A stretch of DNA of 64,000 bases. Origin: Nemertoderma westbladi (lineage: Eukaryota > Animalia > Xenacoelomorpha). A program made the translations under genes and the position numbers. Positions 51,801 to 64,000 of the stretch are shown piece after piece. The stretch lies in assembly GCA_032718475.1 (NCBI GenBank), contig JAUCBJ010009055.1:8266-72265 (forward strand), in the 5' to 3' direction. The stretch's first letter is position 1, and the number at the start of each line of letters is the position of its first letter. The notes beneath the pieces are model-generated. The model saw only the letters and a program-made list of their open reading frames with translations. It was not told where the DNA came from and ran no database searches.

Positions 51801-54800
51801 TGCCAATGTGTACAGGTTCCCTGAACCCAGAGTTATACTGCCGTATTTGGGGCCTCCTGCCAATGTGTACAGGTTCTATGAACCCAGAGTTATACTGCCG
51901 TATTTGGGGCCTCCTGCCAATGTGTACAGGTTCTCTGAACCCAGAGTTATACTGCCGTATTTGGGCCTCCTGCCACTGAACCCAGAGTTACACTGCCGTA
52001 TTTGGGGCCTCCCGCCAATGTGTACAGGTTCTCTGAACCCAGAGTTAATACTGCCGTATTTGGGGCCTCCTGCCACTGAACCCAGAGTTACACTGCCGTA
52101 TTTGGGGCCTCCTGCCAATGTGTACAGGTTCTATGAACCCAGAGTTATACTGCCGTATTTGGGACCTCCTACCAATGTGTACAGGTTCCCTGAACCCAGA
52201 GTTATACTGCCGTATTTGGGGCTTCCTGCCAATGTGTACAGGTTCCCTGAACTCAGAGTTATACTGCCGTATTTGGGGCCTCCTGCCAATGTGTACAGGT
52301 TCCCTGAACTCAGAGTTATACTGCCGTATTTGGGGCCTCCTGCCAATGTGTACAGGTTCCCTGAACCCAGAGTTATACTGCCGTATTTGGGGCCTCCTGC
52401 CAATGTGTACAGGTTCCCTGAACCCAGAGTTATACTGCCGTATTTGGGGCCTCCTGCCAATGTGTACAGGTTCTATGAACCCAGAGTTATACTGCCGTAT
52501 TTGGGGCCTCCTGCCAATGTGTACAGGTTCTATGAACCCAGAGTTATACTGCCGTATTTGGGACCTCCTACCAATGTGTACAGGTTCCCTGAACCCAGAG
52601 TTATACTGCCGTATTTGGGGCCTCCTGCCAATGTGTACAGGTTCCCTGAACTCAGAGTTATACTGCCGTATTTGGGGCCTCCTGCCAATGTGTACAGGTT
52701 CCCTGAACTCAGAGTTATACTGCCGTATTTGGGGCCTCCTGCCAATGTGTACAGGTTCCCTGAACCCAGAGTTATACTGCCGTATTTGGGGCCTCCTGCC
52801 AATGTGTACAGGTTCTATGAACCCAGAGTTATACTGCCGTATTTGGGGCCTCCTGCCAATGTGTACAGGTTCTCTGAACCCAGAGTTATACTGCCGTATT
52901 TGGGGCCTCCTGCCACTGAACCCAGAGTTACACTGCCGTATTTGGGGCCTCCTGCCAATGTGTACAGGTTCCCTGAACCCAGAGTTATACTGCCGTATTT
53001 GGGGCCTCCTGCCAATGTGTACAGGTTCTCTGAACCCAGAGTTATACTGCCGTATTTGGGCCTCCTGCCACTGAACACAGAGTTACACTGCCGTATTTGG
53101 GACCTCCTGCCAATGTGTACAGGTTCCCTGAACTCAGAGTTATACTGCCGTATTTGGGGCCTCCTGCCTATGTGTACAGGTTCCCTGAACCCAGAGTTAT
53201 ACTGCCGTATTTGGGACCTCCTGCCAATGTGTATAGGTTCTATGAACCCAGAGTTATACTGCCGTATTTGGGGCCTCCTGCCAATGTGTACAGGTTCCCT
53301 GAACCCAGAGTTATACTGCCGTATTTGGGGCCTCCTGCCAATGTGTACAGGTTCTCTGAACCCAGAGTTATACTGCCGTATTTGGGGCCTCCTGCCACTG
53401 AACCCAGAGTTACACTGCCGTATTTGGGGCCTCCTGCCAATGTGTACAGGTTCTATGAACCCAGAGTTATACTGCCGTATTTGGGGCCTCCTGCCAATGT
53501 GTACAGGTTCCCTGAACCCAGAGTTATACTGCCGTATTTGGGGCCTCCTGCCAATGTGTACAGGTTCCCTGAACCCAGAGTTATACTGCCGTATTTGGGG
53601 CCTCCTGCCAATGTGTACAGGTTCCCTGAACTCAGAGTTATACTGCCGTATTTGGGGCCTCCTGCCAATGTGTACAGGTTCCCTGAACTCAGAGTTATAC
53701 TGCCGTATTTGGGGCCTCCTGCCAATGTGTACAGGTTCCCTGAACCCAGAGTTATACTGCCGTATTTGGGGCCTCCTGCCAATGTGTACAGGTTCTATGA
53801 ACCCAGAGTTATACTGCCGTATTTGGGGCCTCCTGCCAATGTGTACAGGTTCTCTGAACCCAGAGTTATACTGCCGTATTTGGGGCCTCCTGCCACTGAA
53901 CCCAGAGTTACACTGCCGTATTTGGGGCCTCCTGCCAATGTGTACAGGTTCCCTGAACCCAGAGTTATACTGCCGTATTTGGGGCCTCCTGCCAATGTGT
54001 ACAGGTTCTCTGAACCCAGAGTTATACTGCCGTATTTGGGCCTCCTGCCACTGAACACAGAGTTACACTGCCGTATTTGGGACCTCCTGCCAATGTGTAC
54101 AGGTTCCCTGAACTCAGAGTTATACTGCCGTATTTGGGGCCTCCTGCCTATGTGTACAGGTTCCCTGAACCCAGAGTTATACTGCCGTATTTGGGGCCTC
54201 CTGCCAATGTGTATAGGTTCTATGAACCCAGAGTTATACTGCCGTATTTGGGGCCTCCTGCCAATGTGTACAGGTTCCCTGAACCCAGAGTTATACTGCC
54301 GTATTTGGGGCCTCCTGCCAATGTGTACAGGTTCTCTGAACCCAGAGTTATACTGCCGTATTTGGGGCCTCCTGCCACTGAACCCAGAGTTACACTGCCG
54401 TATTTGGGGCCTCCTGCCAATGTGTACAGGTTCCCTGAACCCAGAGTTATACTGCCGTATTTGGGGCCTCCTGCCAATGTGTACAGGTTCTATGAACCCA
54501 GAGTTATACTGCCGTATTTGGGGCCTCCTGCCAATGTGTACAGGTTCCCTGAACCCAGAGTTATACTGCCGTATTTGGGGCCTCCTGCCAATGTGTACAG
54601 GTTCTCTGAACCCAGAGTTATACTGCCGTATTTGGGGCCTCCTGCCACTGAACCCAGAGTTACACTGCCGTATTTGGGACCTCCTGCCAATGTGTACAGG
54701 TTCTCTGAACCCAGAGTTAATACTGCCGTATTTGGGGCCTCCTGCCACTGAACACAGAGTTACACTGCCGTATTTGGGACCTCCTGCCAATGTGTACAGG

Positions 54801-57800
54801 TTCCCTGAACCCAGAGTTATACTGCCGTATTTGGGGCCTCCTGCCAATGTGTACAGGTTCCCTGAACCCAGAGTTATACTGCCGTATTTGGGGCCTCCTG
54901 CCAATGTGTACAGGTTCTATGAACCCAGAGTTATACTGCCGTATTTGGGGCCTCCTGCCAATGTGTACAGGTTCCCTGAACTCAGAGTTATACTGCCGTA
55001 TTTGGGGCCTCCTGCCAATGTGTACAGGTTCCCTGAACCCAGAGTTATACTGCCGTATTTGGGGCCTCCTGCCAATGTGTACAGGTTCTATGAACCCAGA
55101 GTTATACTGCCGTATTTGGGGCCTCCTGCCAATGTGTACAGGTTCCCTGAACCCAGAGTTATACTGCCGTATTTGGGGCCTCCTGCCAATGTGTACAGGT
55201 TCCCTGAACCCAGAGTTATACTGCCGTATTTGGGGCCTCCTGCCAATGTGTACAGGTTCCCTGAACTCAGAGTTATACTGCCGTATTTGGGGCCTCCTGC
55301 CAATGTGTACAGGTTCCCTGAACCCAGAGTTATACTGCCGTATTTGGGGCCTCCTGCCAATGTGTACAGGTTCTCTGAACCCAGAGTTATACTGCCGTAT
55401 TTGGGGCCTCCTGCCAATGTGTACAGGTTCCCTGAACCCAGAGTTATACTGCCGTATTTGGGGCCTCCTGCCAATGTGTACAGGTTCCCTGAACTCAGAG
55501 TTATACTGCCGTATTTGGGGCCTCCTGCCAATGTGTACAGGTTCCCTGAACCCAGAGTTATACTGCCGTATTTGGGGCCTCCTGCCAATGTGTACAGGTT
55601 CTATGAACCCAGAGTTATACTGCCGTATTTGGGGCCTCCTGCCAATGTGTACAGGTTCCCTGAACTCAGAGTTATACTGCCGTATTTGGGGCCTCCTGCC
55701 AATGTGTACAGGTTCCCTGAACCCAGAGTTATACTGCCGTATTTGGGGCCTCCTGCCAATGTGTACAGGTTCTATGAACCCAGAGTTATACTGCCGTATT
55801 TGGGGCCTCCTGCCAATGTGTACAGGTTCCCTGAACCCAGAGTTATACTGCCGTATTTGGGGCCTCCTGCCAATGTGTACAGGTTCCCTGAACCCAGAGT
55901 TATACTGCCGTATTTGGGGCCTCCTGCCAATGTGTACAGGTTCCCTGAACCCAGAGTTATACTGCCGTATTTGGGGCCTCCTGCCAATGTGTACAGGTTC
56001 CCTGAACCCAGAGTTATACTGCCGTATTTGGGGCCTCCTGCCAATGTGTACAGGTTCTCTGAACCCAGAGTTATACTGCCGTATTTGGGGCCTCCTGCCA
56101 ATGTGTACAGGTTCCCTGAACCCAGAGTTATACTGCCGTATTTGGGGCCTCCTGCCAATGTGTACAGGTTCCCTGAACTCAGAGTTATACTGCCGTATTT
56201 GGGGCCTCCTGCCAATGTGTACAGGTTCCCTGAACCCAGAGTTATACTGCCGTATTTGGGGCCTCCTGCCAATGTGTACAGGTTCTATGAACCCAGAGTT
56301 ATACTGCCGTATTTGGGGCCTCCTGCCAATGTGTACAGGTTCTCTGAACCCAGAGTTATACTGCCGTATTTGGGCCTCCTGCCACTGAACCCAGAGTTAC
56401 ACTGCCGTATTTGGGGCCTCCCGCCAATGTGTACAGGTTCTCTGAACCCAGAGTTAATACTGCCGTATTTGGGGCCTCCTGCCACTGAACCCAGAGTTAC
56501 ACTGCCGTATTTGGGGCCTCCTGCCAATGTGTACAGGTTCTATGAACCCAGAGTTATACTGCCGTATTTGGGACCTCCTACCAATGTGTACAGGTTCCCT
56601 GAACCCAGAGTTATACTGCCGTATTTGGGGCTTCCTGCCAATGTGTACAGGTTCCCTGAACTCAGAGTTATACTGCCGTATTTGGGGCCTCCTGCCAATG
56701 TGTACAGGTTCCCTGAACTCAAGAGTTATACTGCCGTATTTGGGGCCTCCTGCCAATGTGTACAGGTTCCCTGAACCCAGAGTTATACTGCCGTATTTGG
56801 GGCCTCCTGCCAATGTGTACAGGTTCCCTGAACCCAGAGTTATACTGCCGTATTTGGGGCCTCCTGCCAATGTGTACAGGTTCTATGAACCCAGAGTTAT
56901 ACTGCCGTATTTGGGGCCTCCTGCCAATGTGTACAGGTTCTATGAACCCAGAGTTATACTGCCGTATTTGGGGCCTCCTGCCAATGTGTACAGGTTCCCT
57001 GAACCCAGAGTTATACTGCCGTATTTGGGGCCTCCTGCCAATGTGTACAGGTTCCCTGAACTCAGAGTTATACTGCCGTATTTGGGGCCTCCTGCCAATG
57101 TGTACAGGTTCCCTGAACCCAGAGTTATACTGCCGTATTTGGGGCCTCCTACCAATGTGTACAGGTTCCCTGAACCCAGAGTTATACTGCCGTATTTGGG
57201 GCTTCCTGCCAATGTGTACAGGTTCCCTGAACTCAGAGTTATACTGCCGTATTTGGGGCCTCCTGCCAATGTGTACAGGTTCCCTGAACTCAGAGTTATA
57301 CTGCCGTATTTGGGGCCTCCTGCCAATGTGTACAGGTTCCCTGAACCCAGAGTTATACTGCCGTATTTGGGGCCTCCTGCCAATGTGTACAGGTTCTATG
57401 AACCCAGAGTTATACTGCCGTATTTGGGGCCTCCTGCCAATGTGTACAGGTTCTCTGAACCCAGAGTTATACTGCCGTATTTGGGGCCTCCTGCCACTGA
57501 ACCCAGAGTTACACTGCCGTATTTGGGGCCTCCTGCCAATGTGTACAGGTTCCCTGAACCCAGAGTTATACTGCCGTATTTGGGGCCTCCTGCCAATGTG
57601 TACAGGTTCTCTGAACCCAGAGTTATACTGCCGTATTTGGGCCTCCTGCCACTGAACACAGAGTTACACTGCCGTATTTGGGACCTCCTGCCAATGTGTA
57701 CAGGTTCCCTGAACTCAGAGTTATACTGCCGTATTTGGGGCCTCCTGCCTATGTGTACAGGTTCCCTGAACCCAGAGTTATACTGCCGTATTTGGGACCT

Positions 57801-60800
57801 CCTGCCAATGTGTATAGGTTCTATGAACCCAGAGTTATACTGCCGTATTTGGGGCCTCCTGCCAATGTGTACAGGTTCCCTGAACCCAGAGTTATACTGC
57901 CGTATTTGGGGCCTCCTGCCAATGTGTACAGGTTCTCTGAACCCAGAGTTATACTGCCGTATTTGGGGCCTCCTGCCACTGAACCCAGAGTTACACTGCC
58001 GTATTTGGGGCCTCCTGCCAATGTGTACAGGTTCCCTGAACCCAGAGTTATACTGCCGTATTTGGGGCCTCCTGCCAATGTGTATAGGTTCTATGAACCC
58101 AGAGTTATACTGCCGTATTTGGGGCCTCCTGCCAATGTGTACAGGTTCCCTGAACCCAGAGTTATACTGCCGTATTTGGGGCCTCCTGCCAATGTGTACA
58201 GGTTCTCTGAACCCAGAGTTATACTGCCGTATTTGGGGCCTCCTGCCACTGAACCCAGAGTTACACTGCCGTATTTGGGACCTCCTGCCAATGTGTACAG
58301 GTTCTCTGAACCCAGAGTTAATACTGCCGTATTTGGGGCCTCCTGCCACTGAACCCAGAGTTACACTGCCGTATTTGGGGCCTCCTGCCAATGTGTACAG
58401 GTTCCCTGAACCCAGAGTTATACTGCCGTATTTGGGGCCTCCTGCCAATGTGTACAGGTTCTCTGAACCCAGAGTTATACTGCCGTATTTGGGCCTCCCG
58501 CCACTGAACCCAGAGTTACACTGCCGTATTTGGGACCTCCTGCCAATGTGTACAGGTTCCCTGAACTCAGAGTTATACTGCCGTATTTGGGGCCTCCTGC
58601 CAATGTGTACAGGTTCTATGAACCCAGAGTTATACTGCCGTATTTGGGGCCTCCTGCCAATGTGTACAGGTTCCCTGAACTCAGAGTTATACTGCCGTAT
58701 TGGGGGCCTCCTGCCAATGTGTACAGGTTCCCTGAACCCAGAGTTATACTGCCGTATTTGGGGCCTCCTGCCAATGTGTACAGGTTCTATGAACCCAGAG
58801 TTATACTGCCGTATTTGGGGCCTCCTGCCAATGTGTACAGGTTCCCTGAACTCAGAGTTATACTGCCGTATTTGGGGCCTCCTGCCAATGTGTACAGGTT
58901 CCCTGAACCCAGAGTTATACTGCCGTATTTGGGGCCTCCTGCCAATGTGTACAGGTTCTATGAACCCAGAGTTATACTGCCGTCTTCGGGACCTCCTGCC
59001 AATGTGTACAGGTTCTCTGAACCCAGAGTTAATACTGCCGTATTTGGGGCCTCCTGCCACTGAACCCAGAGTTACACTGCCGTATTTGGGGCCTCCTGCC
59101 AATGTGTACAGGTTCTATGAACCCAGAGTTATACTGCCGTATTTGGGACCTCCTACCAATGTGTACAGGTTCCCTGAACCCAGAGTTATACTGCCGTATT
59201 TGGGGCCTCCTGCCAATGTGTACAGGTTCTCAGAGTTATACTGCCGTATTTGGGGCCTCCTGCCAATGTGTACAGGTTCCCTGAACCCAGAGTTATACTG
59301 CCGTATTTGGGGCCTCCTGCCAATGTGTACAGGTTCTATGAACCCAGAGTTATACTGCCGTATTTGGGGCCTCCTGCCAATGTGTACAGGTTCTCTGAAC
59401 CCAGAGTTATACTGCCGTATTTGGGGCCTCCTGCCACTGAACCCAGAGTTACACTGCCGTATTTGGGGCCTCCTGCCAATGTGTACAGGTTCCCTGAACC
59501 CAGAGTTATACTGCCGTATTTGGGGTCTCCTGCCAATGTTTACAGGTTCTCTGAACCCAGAGTTATACTGCCGTATTTGGGCCTCCTGCCACTGAACCCA
59601 GAGTTACACTGCCGTATTTGGGGCCTCCCGCCAATGTGTACAGGTTCTCTGAACCCAGAGTTAATACTGCCGTATTTGGGGCCTCCTGCCACTGAACCTA
59701 GAGTTACACTGCCGTATTTGGGGCCTCCTGCCAATGTGTACAGGTTCTATGAACCCAGAGTTATACTGCCGTATTTGGGACCTCCTACCAATGTGTACAG
59801 GTTCCCTGAACCCAGAGTTATACTGCCGTATTTGGGGCTTCCTGCCAATGTGTACAGGTTCCCTGAACTCAGAGTTATACTGCCGTATTTGGGGCCTCCT
59901 GCCAATGTGTACAGGTTCTATGAACCCAGAGTTATACTGCCGTATTTGGGACCTCCTACCAATGTGTACAGGTTCCCTGAACCCAGAGTTATACTGCCGT
60001 ATTTGGGGCTTCCTGCCAATGTGTACAGGTTCCCTGAACTCAGAGTTATACTGCCGTATTTGGGGCCTCCTGCCAATGTGTACAGGTTCCCTGAACTCAG
60101 AGTTATACTGCCGTATTTGGGGCCTCCTGCCAATGTGTACAGGTTCCCTGAACCCAGAGTTATACTGCCGTATTTGGGGCCTCCTGCCAATGTGTACAGG
60201 TTCCCTGAACCCAGAGTTATACTGCCGTATTTGGGGCCTCCTGCCAATGTGTACAGGTTCCCTGAACCCAGAGTTATACTGCCGTATTTGGGGCCTCCTG
60301 CCAATGTGTACAGGTTCTCTGAACCCAGAGTTATACTGCCGTATTTGGGCCTCCTGCCACTGAACCCAGAGTTACACTGCCGTATTTGGAACCTCCTGCC
60401 AATGTGTACAGGTTCCCTGAACTCAGAGTTATACTGCCGTATTTGGGGCCTCCTGCCTATGTGTACAGGTTCCCTGAACCCAGAGTTATACTGCCGTATT
60501 TGGGGCCTCCTGCCAATGTGTACAGGTTCTATGAACCCAGAGTTATACTGCCGTATTTGGGGCCTCTGCCAATGTGTACAGGTTCCCTGAACCCAGAGTT
60601 ATACTGCCGTATTTGGGGCCTCCTGCCAATGTGTACAGGTTCTCTGAACCCAGAGTTATACTGCCGTATTTAGGGCCTCCTGCCACTGAACCCAGAGTTA
60701 CACTGCCGTATTTGGGACCTCCTGCCAATGTGTACAGGTTCCCTGAACTCAGAGTTATACTGCCGTATTTGGGGCCTCTTGCCAATGTGTACAGGTTCTA

Positions 60801-63800
60801 TGAACCCAGAGTTATACTGCCGTATTTGGGGCCTCCTGCCAATGTGTACAGGTTCTATGAACCCAGAGTTATACTGCCGTAATTGGGACATCCTGCCAAT
60901 GTGTACAGGTTCCCTGAACCCAGAGTTATACTGCCGTATTTGGGGCCTCCTGCCAATGTGTACAGGTTCCCTGAACTCAGAGTTATACTGCCGTATTTGG
61001 GGCCTCCTGCCAATGTGTACAGGTTCTATGAACCCAGAGTTATACTGCCGTATTTGGGGCCTCCTGCCAATGTGTACAGGTTCTCTGAACCCAGAGTTAT
61101 ACTGCGGTATTTGGGGCCTCCTGCCAATGTGTACAGGTTCCCTGAACCCAGAGTTATACTGCCGTATTTGGGGCCTCCTGCCAATGTGTACAGGTTCCCT
61201 GAACTCAGAGTTATACTGCCGTATTTGGGGCCTCCTGCCAATGTGTACAGGTTCCCTGAACCCAGAGTTATACTGCCGTATTTGGGGCCTCCTGCCAATG
61301 TGTACAGGTTCTATGAACCCAGAGTTATACTGCCGTATTTGGGGCCTCCTGCCAATGTGTACAGGTTCTCTGAACCCAGAGTTATACTGCCGTATTTGGG
61401 GCCTCCTGCCACTGAACCCAGAGTTACACTGCCGTATTTGGGGCCTCCTGCCAATGTGTACAGGTTCCCTGAACCCAGAGTTATACTGCCGTATTTGGGG
61501 TCTCCTGCCAATGTTTACAGGTTCTCTGAACCCAGAGTTATACTGCCGTATTTGGGCCTCCTGCCACTGAACCCAGAGTTACACTGCCGTATTTGGGGCC
61601 TCCCGCCAATGTGTACAGGTTCTCTGAACCCAGAGTTAATACTGCCGTATTTGGGGCCTCCTGCCACTGAACCTAGAGTTACACTGCCGTATTTGGGGCC
61701 TCCTGCCAATGTGTACAGGTTCTATGAACCCAGAGTTATACTGCCGTATTTGGGACCTCCTACCAATGTGTACAGGTTCCCTGAACCCAGAGTTATACTG
61801 CCGTATTTGGGGCTTCCTGCCAATGTGTACAGGTTCCCTGAACTCAGAGTTATACTGCCGTATTTGGGGCCTCCTGCCAATGTGTACAGGTTCCCTGAAC
61901 TCAGAGTTATACTGCCGTATTTGGGGCCTCCTGCCAATGTGTACAGGTTCCCTGAACCCAGAGTTATACTGCCGTATTTGGGGCCTCCTGCCAATGTGTA
62001 CAGGTTCCCTGAACCCAGAGTTATACTGCCGTATTTGGGGCCTCCTGCCAATGTGTACAGGTTCCCTGAACCCAGAGTTATACTGCCGTATTTGGGGCCT
62101 CCTGCCAATGTGTACAGGTTCTCTGAACCCAGAGTTATACTGCCGTATTTGGGCCTCCTGCCACTGAACCCAGAGTTACACTGCCGTATTTGGAACCTCC
62201 TGCCAATGTGTACAGGTTCCCTGAACTCAGAGTTATACTGCCGTATTTGGGGCCTCCTGCCTATGTGTACAGGTTCCCTGAACCCAGAGTTATACTGCCG
62301 TATTTGGGGCCTCCTGCCAATGTGTACAGGTTCTATGAACCCAGAGTTATACTGCCGTATTTGGGGCCTCTGCCAATGTGTACAGGTTCCCTGAACCCAG
62401 AGTTATACTGCCGTATTTGGGGCCTCCTGCCAATGTGTACAGGTTCTCTGAACCCAGAGTTATACTGCCGTATTTAGGGCCTCCTGCCACTGAACCCAGA
62501 GTTACACTGCCGTATTTGGGACCTCCTGCCAATGTGTACAGGTTCCCTGAACTCAGAGTTATACTGCCGTATTTGGGGCCTCTTGCCAATGTGTACAGGT
62601 TCTATGAACCCAGAGTTATACTGCCGTATTTGGGGCCTCCTGCCAATGTGTACAGGTTCTATGAACCCAGAGTTATACTGCCGTAATTGGGACATCCTGC
62701 CAATGTGTACAGGTTCCCTGAACCCAGAGTTATACTGCCGTATTTGGGGCCTCCTGCCAATGTGTACAGGTTCCCTGAACTCAGAGTTATACTGCCGTAT
62801 TTGGGGCCTCCTGCCAATGTGTACAGGTTCTATGAACCCAGAGTTATACTGCCGTATTTGGGGCCTCCTGCCAATGTGTACAGGTTCTCTGAACCCAGAG
62901 TTATACTGCGGTATTTGGGGCCTCCTGCCAATGTGTACAGGTTCCCTGAACCCAGAGTTATACTGCCGTATTTGGGGCCTCCTGCCAATGTGTACAGGTT
63001 CCCTGAACTCAGAGTTATACTGCCGTATTTGGGGCCTCCTGCCAATGTGTACAGGTTCCCTGAACCCAGAGTTATACTGCCGTATTTGGGGCCTCCTGCC
63101 AATGTGTACAGGTTCCCTGAACCCAGAGTTATACTGCCGTTTTTGGGGCCTCCTGCCAATGTGTACAGGTTCCCTGAACCCAGAGTTATACTGCCGTATT
63201 TGGGGCCTCCTGCCAATGTGTACAGGTTTCCTGAACTCAGAGTTATACTGCCGTATTTGGGGCCTCCTGCCAATGTGTACAGGTTCCCTGAACCCAGAGT
63301 TATACTGCCGTATTTGGGGCCTCCTTCCAATGTGTACAGGTTCTCTGGAGCCAGAGTTATACTGCCGTATTTGGGACCTCCTGCCAATGTGTACAGGTTC
63401 CCTGAACCCAGAGTTATACTGCCGTATTTGGGGCCTCCTGCCAATGTGTACAGGTTCCCTCAACTCAGAGTTATACTGCCGTATTTGGGGCCTCCTGCCA
63501 ATGTGTACAGGTTCCCTGAACCCAGAGTTATACTGCCGTATTTGGGGCCTCCTGCCAATGTGTACAGGTTCTATGAACCCAGAGTTATACTGCCGTATTT
63601 GGGGCCTCCTGCCAATGTGTACAGGTTCTCTGAACCCAGAGTTATACTGCCGTATTTGGGGCCTCCTGCCACTGAACCCAGGGTTACACTGCCGTATTTG
63701 GGGCCTCCTGCCAATGTGTACAGGTTCCCTGAACCCAGAGTTATACTGCCGTATTTGGGGTCTCCTGCCAATGTTTACAGGTTCTCTGAACCCAGAGTTA

Positions 63801-64000
63801 TACTGCCGTATTTGGGCCTCCTGCCACTGAACCCAGAGTTACACTGCCGTATTTGGGGCCTCCCGCCAATGTGTACAGGTTCTCTGAACCCAGAGTTAAT
63901 ACTGCCGTATTTGGGGCCTCCTGCCACTGAACCTAGAGTTACACTGCCGTATTTGGGGCCTCCTGCCAATGTGTACAGGTTCTATGAACCCAGAGTTATT

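Larger units (their letters stand above)
12810..64000. repeat. 57-bp satellite DNA array (roughly 900 monomers, single orientation, runs to the window end)
   Basis: Consensus GTTATACTGCCGTATTTGGG(G/A)CCTCCTGCCAATGTGTACAGGTTC(CC/TA/TC)TGAAC(C/T)CAGA, with recurrent 42-bp (15-bp deletion), 56-bp and 58-bp variants. Confidence 0.99.

Noticed and set aside
12710-64000. Very long ORFs (up to 1894 aa) of 19-aa repeats such as LGPPANVYRFPEPRVILPY or MCTGSLNPELYCRIWGLLP
   Set aside because: The 57-bp period is divisible by 3 and several frames on both strands are open at once. Recurrent +1/-1 indels and stop codons are amplified freely, there is no synonymous bias, and there are no unique terminal domains.
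12810-64000. CRISPR array
   Set aside because: No unique spacers, no cas genes, and a eukaryotic TE context.

Overview
Eukaryotic, repeat-dominated window (metazoan, probably arthropod; inferred from the TE types). No host protein-coding gene is evident. 1-2967: the 3' end of an LTR retrotransposon, with a disrupted extra ORF showing WRN/MUT-7-like DEDDy 3'-5' exonuclease motifs, a PPT and a hairpin-rich LTR. 2968-3395: short minisatellites. 3662-8744: a full-length, young Ty3/Gypsy element of the CsRn1/Kabuki type (451-bp LTRs with 2 mismatches seen, Trp-like PBS, CHCC gag, -1 frameshift pseudoknot, PR-RT-RH-IN), with an in-frame TAG just before its frameshift site. 8771-11070: a 27-bp minisatellite split by a 1.6-kb DINE-1/Helentron-like non-autonomous element. 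~12570-12809: a tRNA-derived SINE-like sequence that runs directly into a 57-bp satellite, which fills the remaining ~51 kb. The satellite shows irregular higher-order duplications, a 100-N gap and one 86-bp TSD-flanked retroposed insertion. All long ORFs after 12.7 kb are by-products of the 57-bp period. All homology calls are by-eye motif recognition, not database searches.
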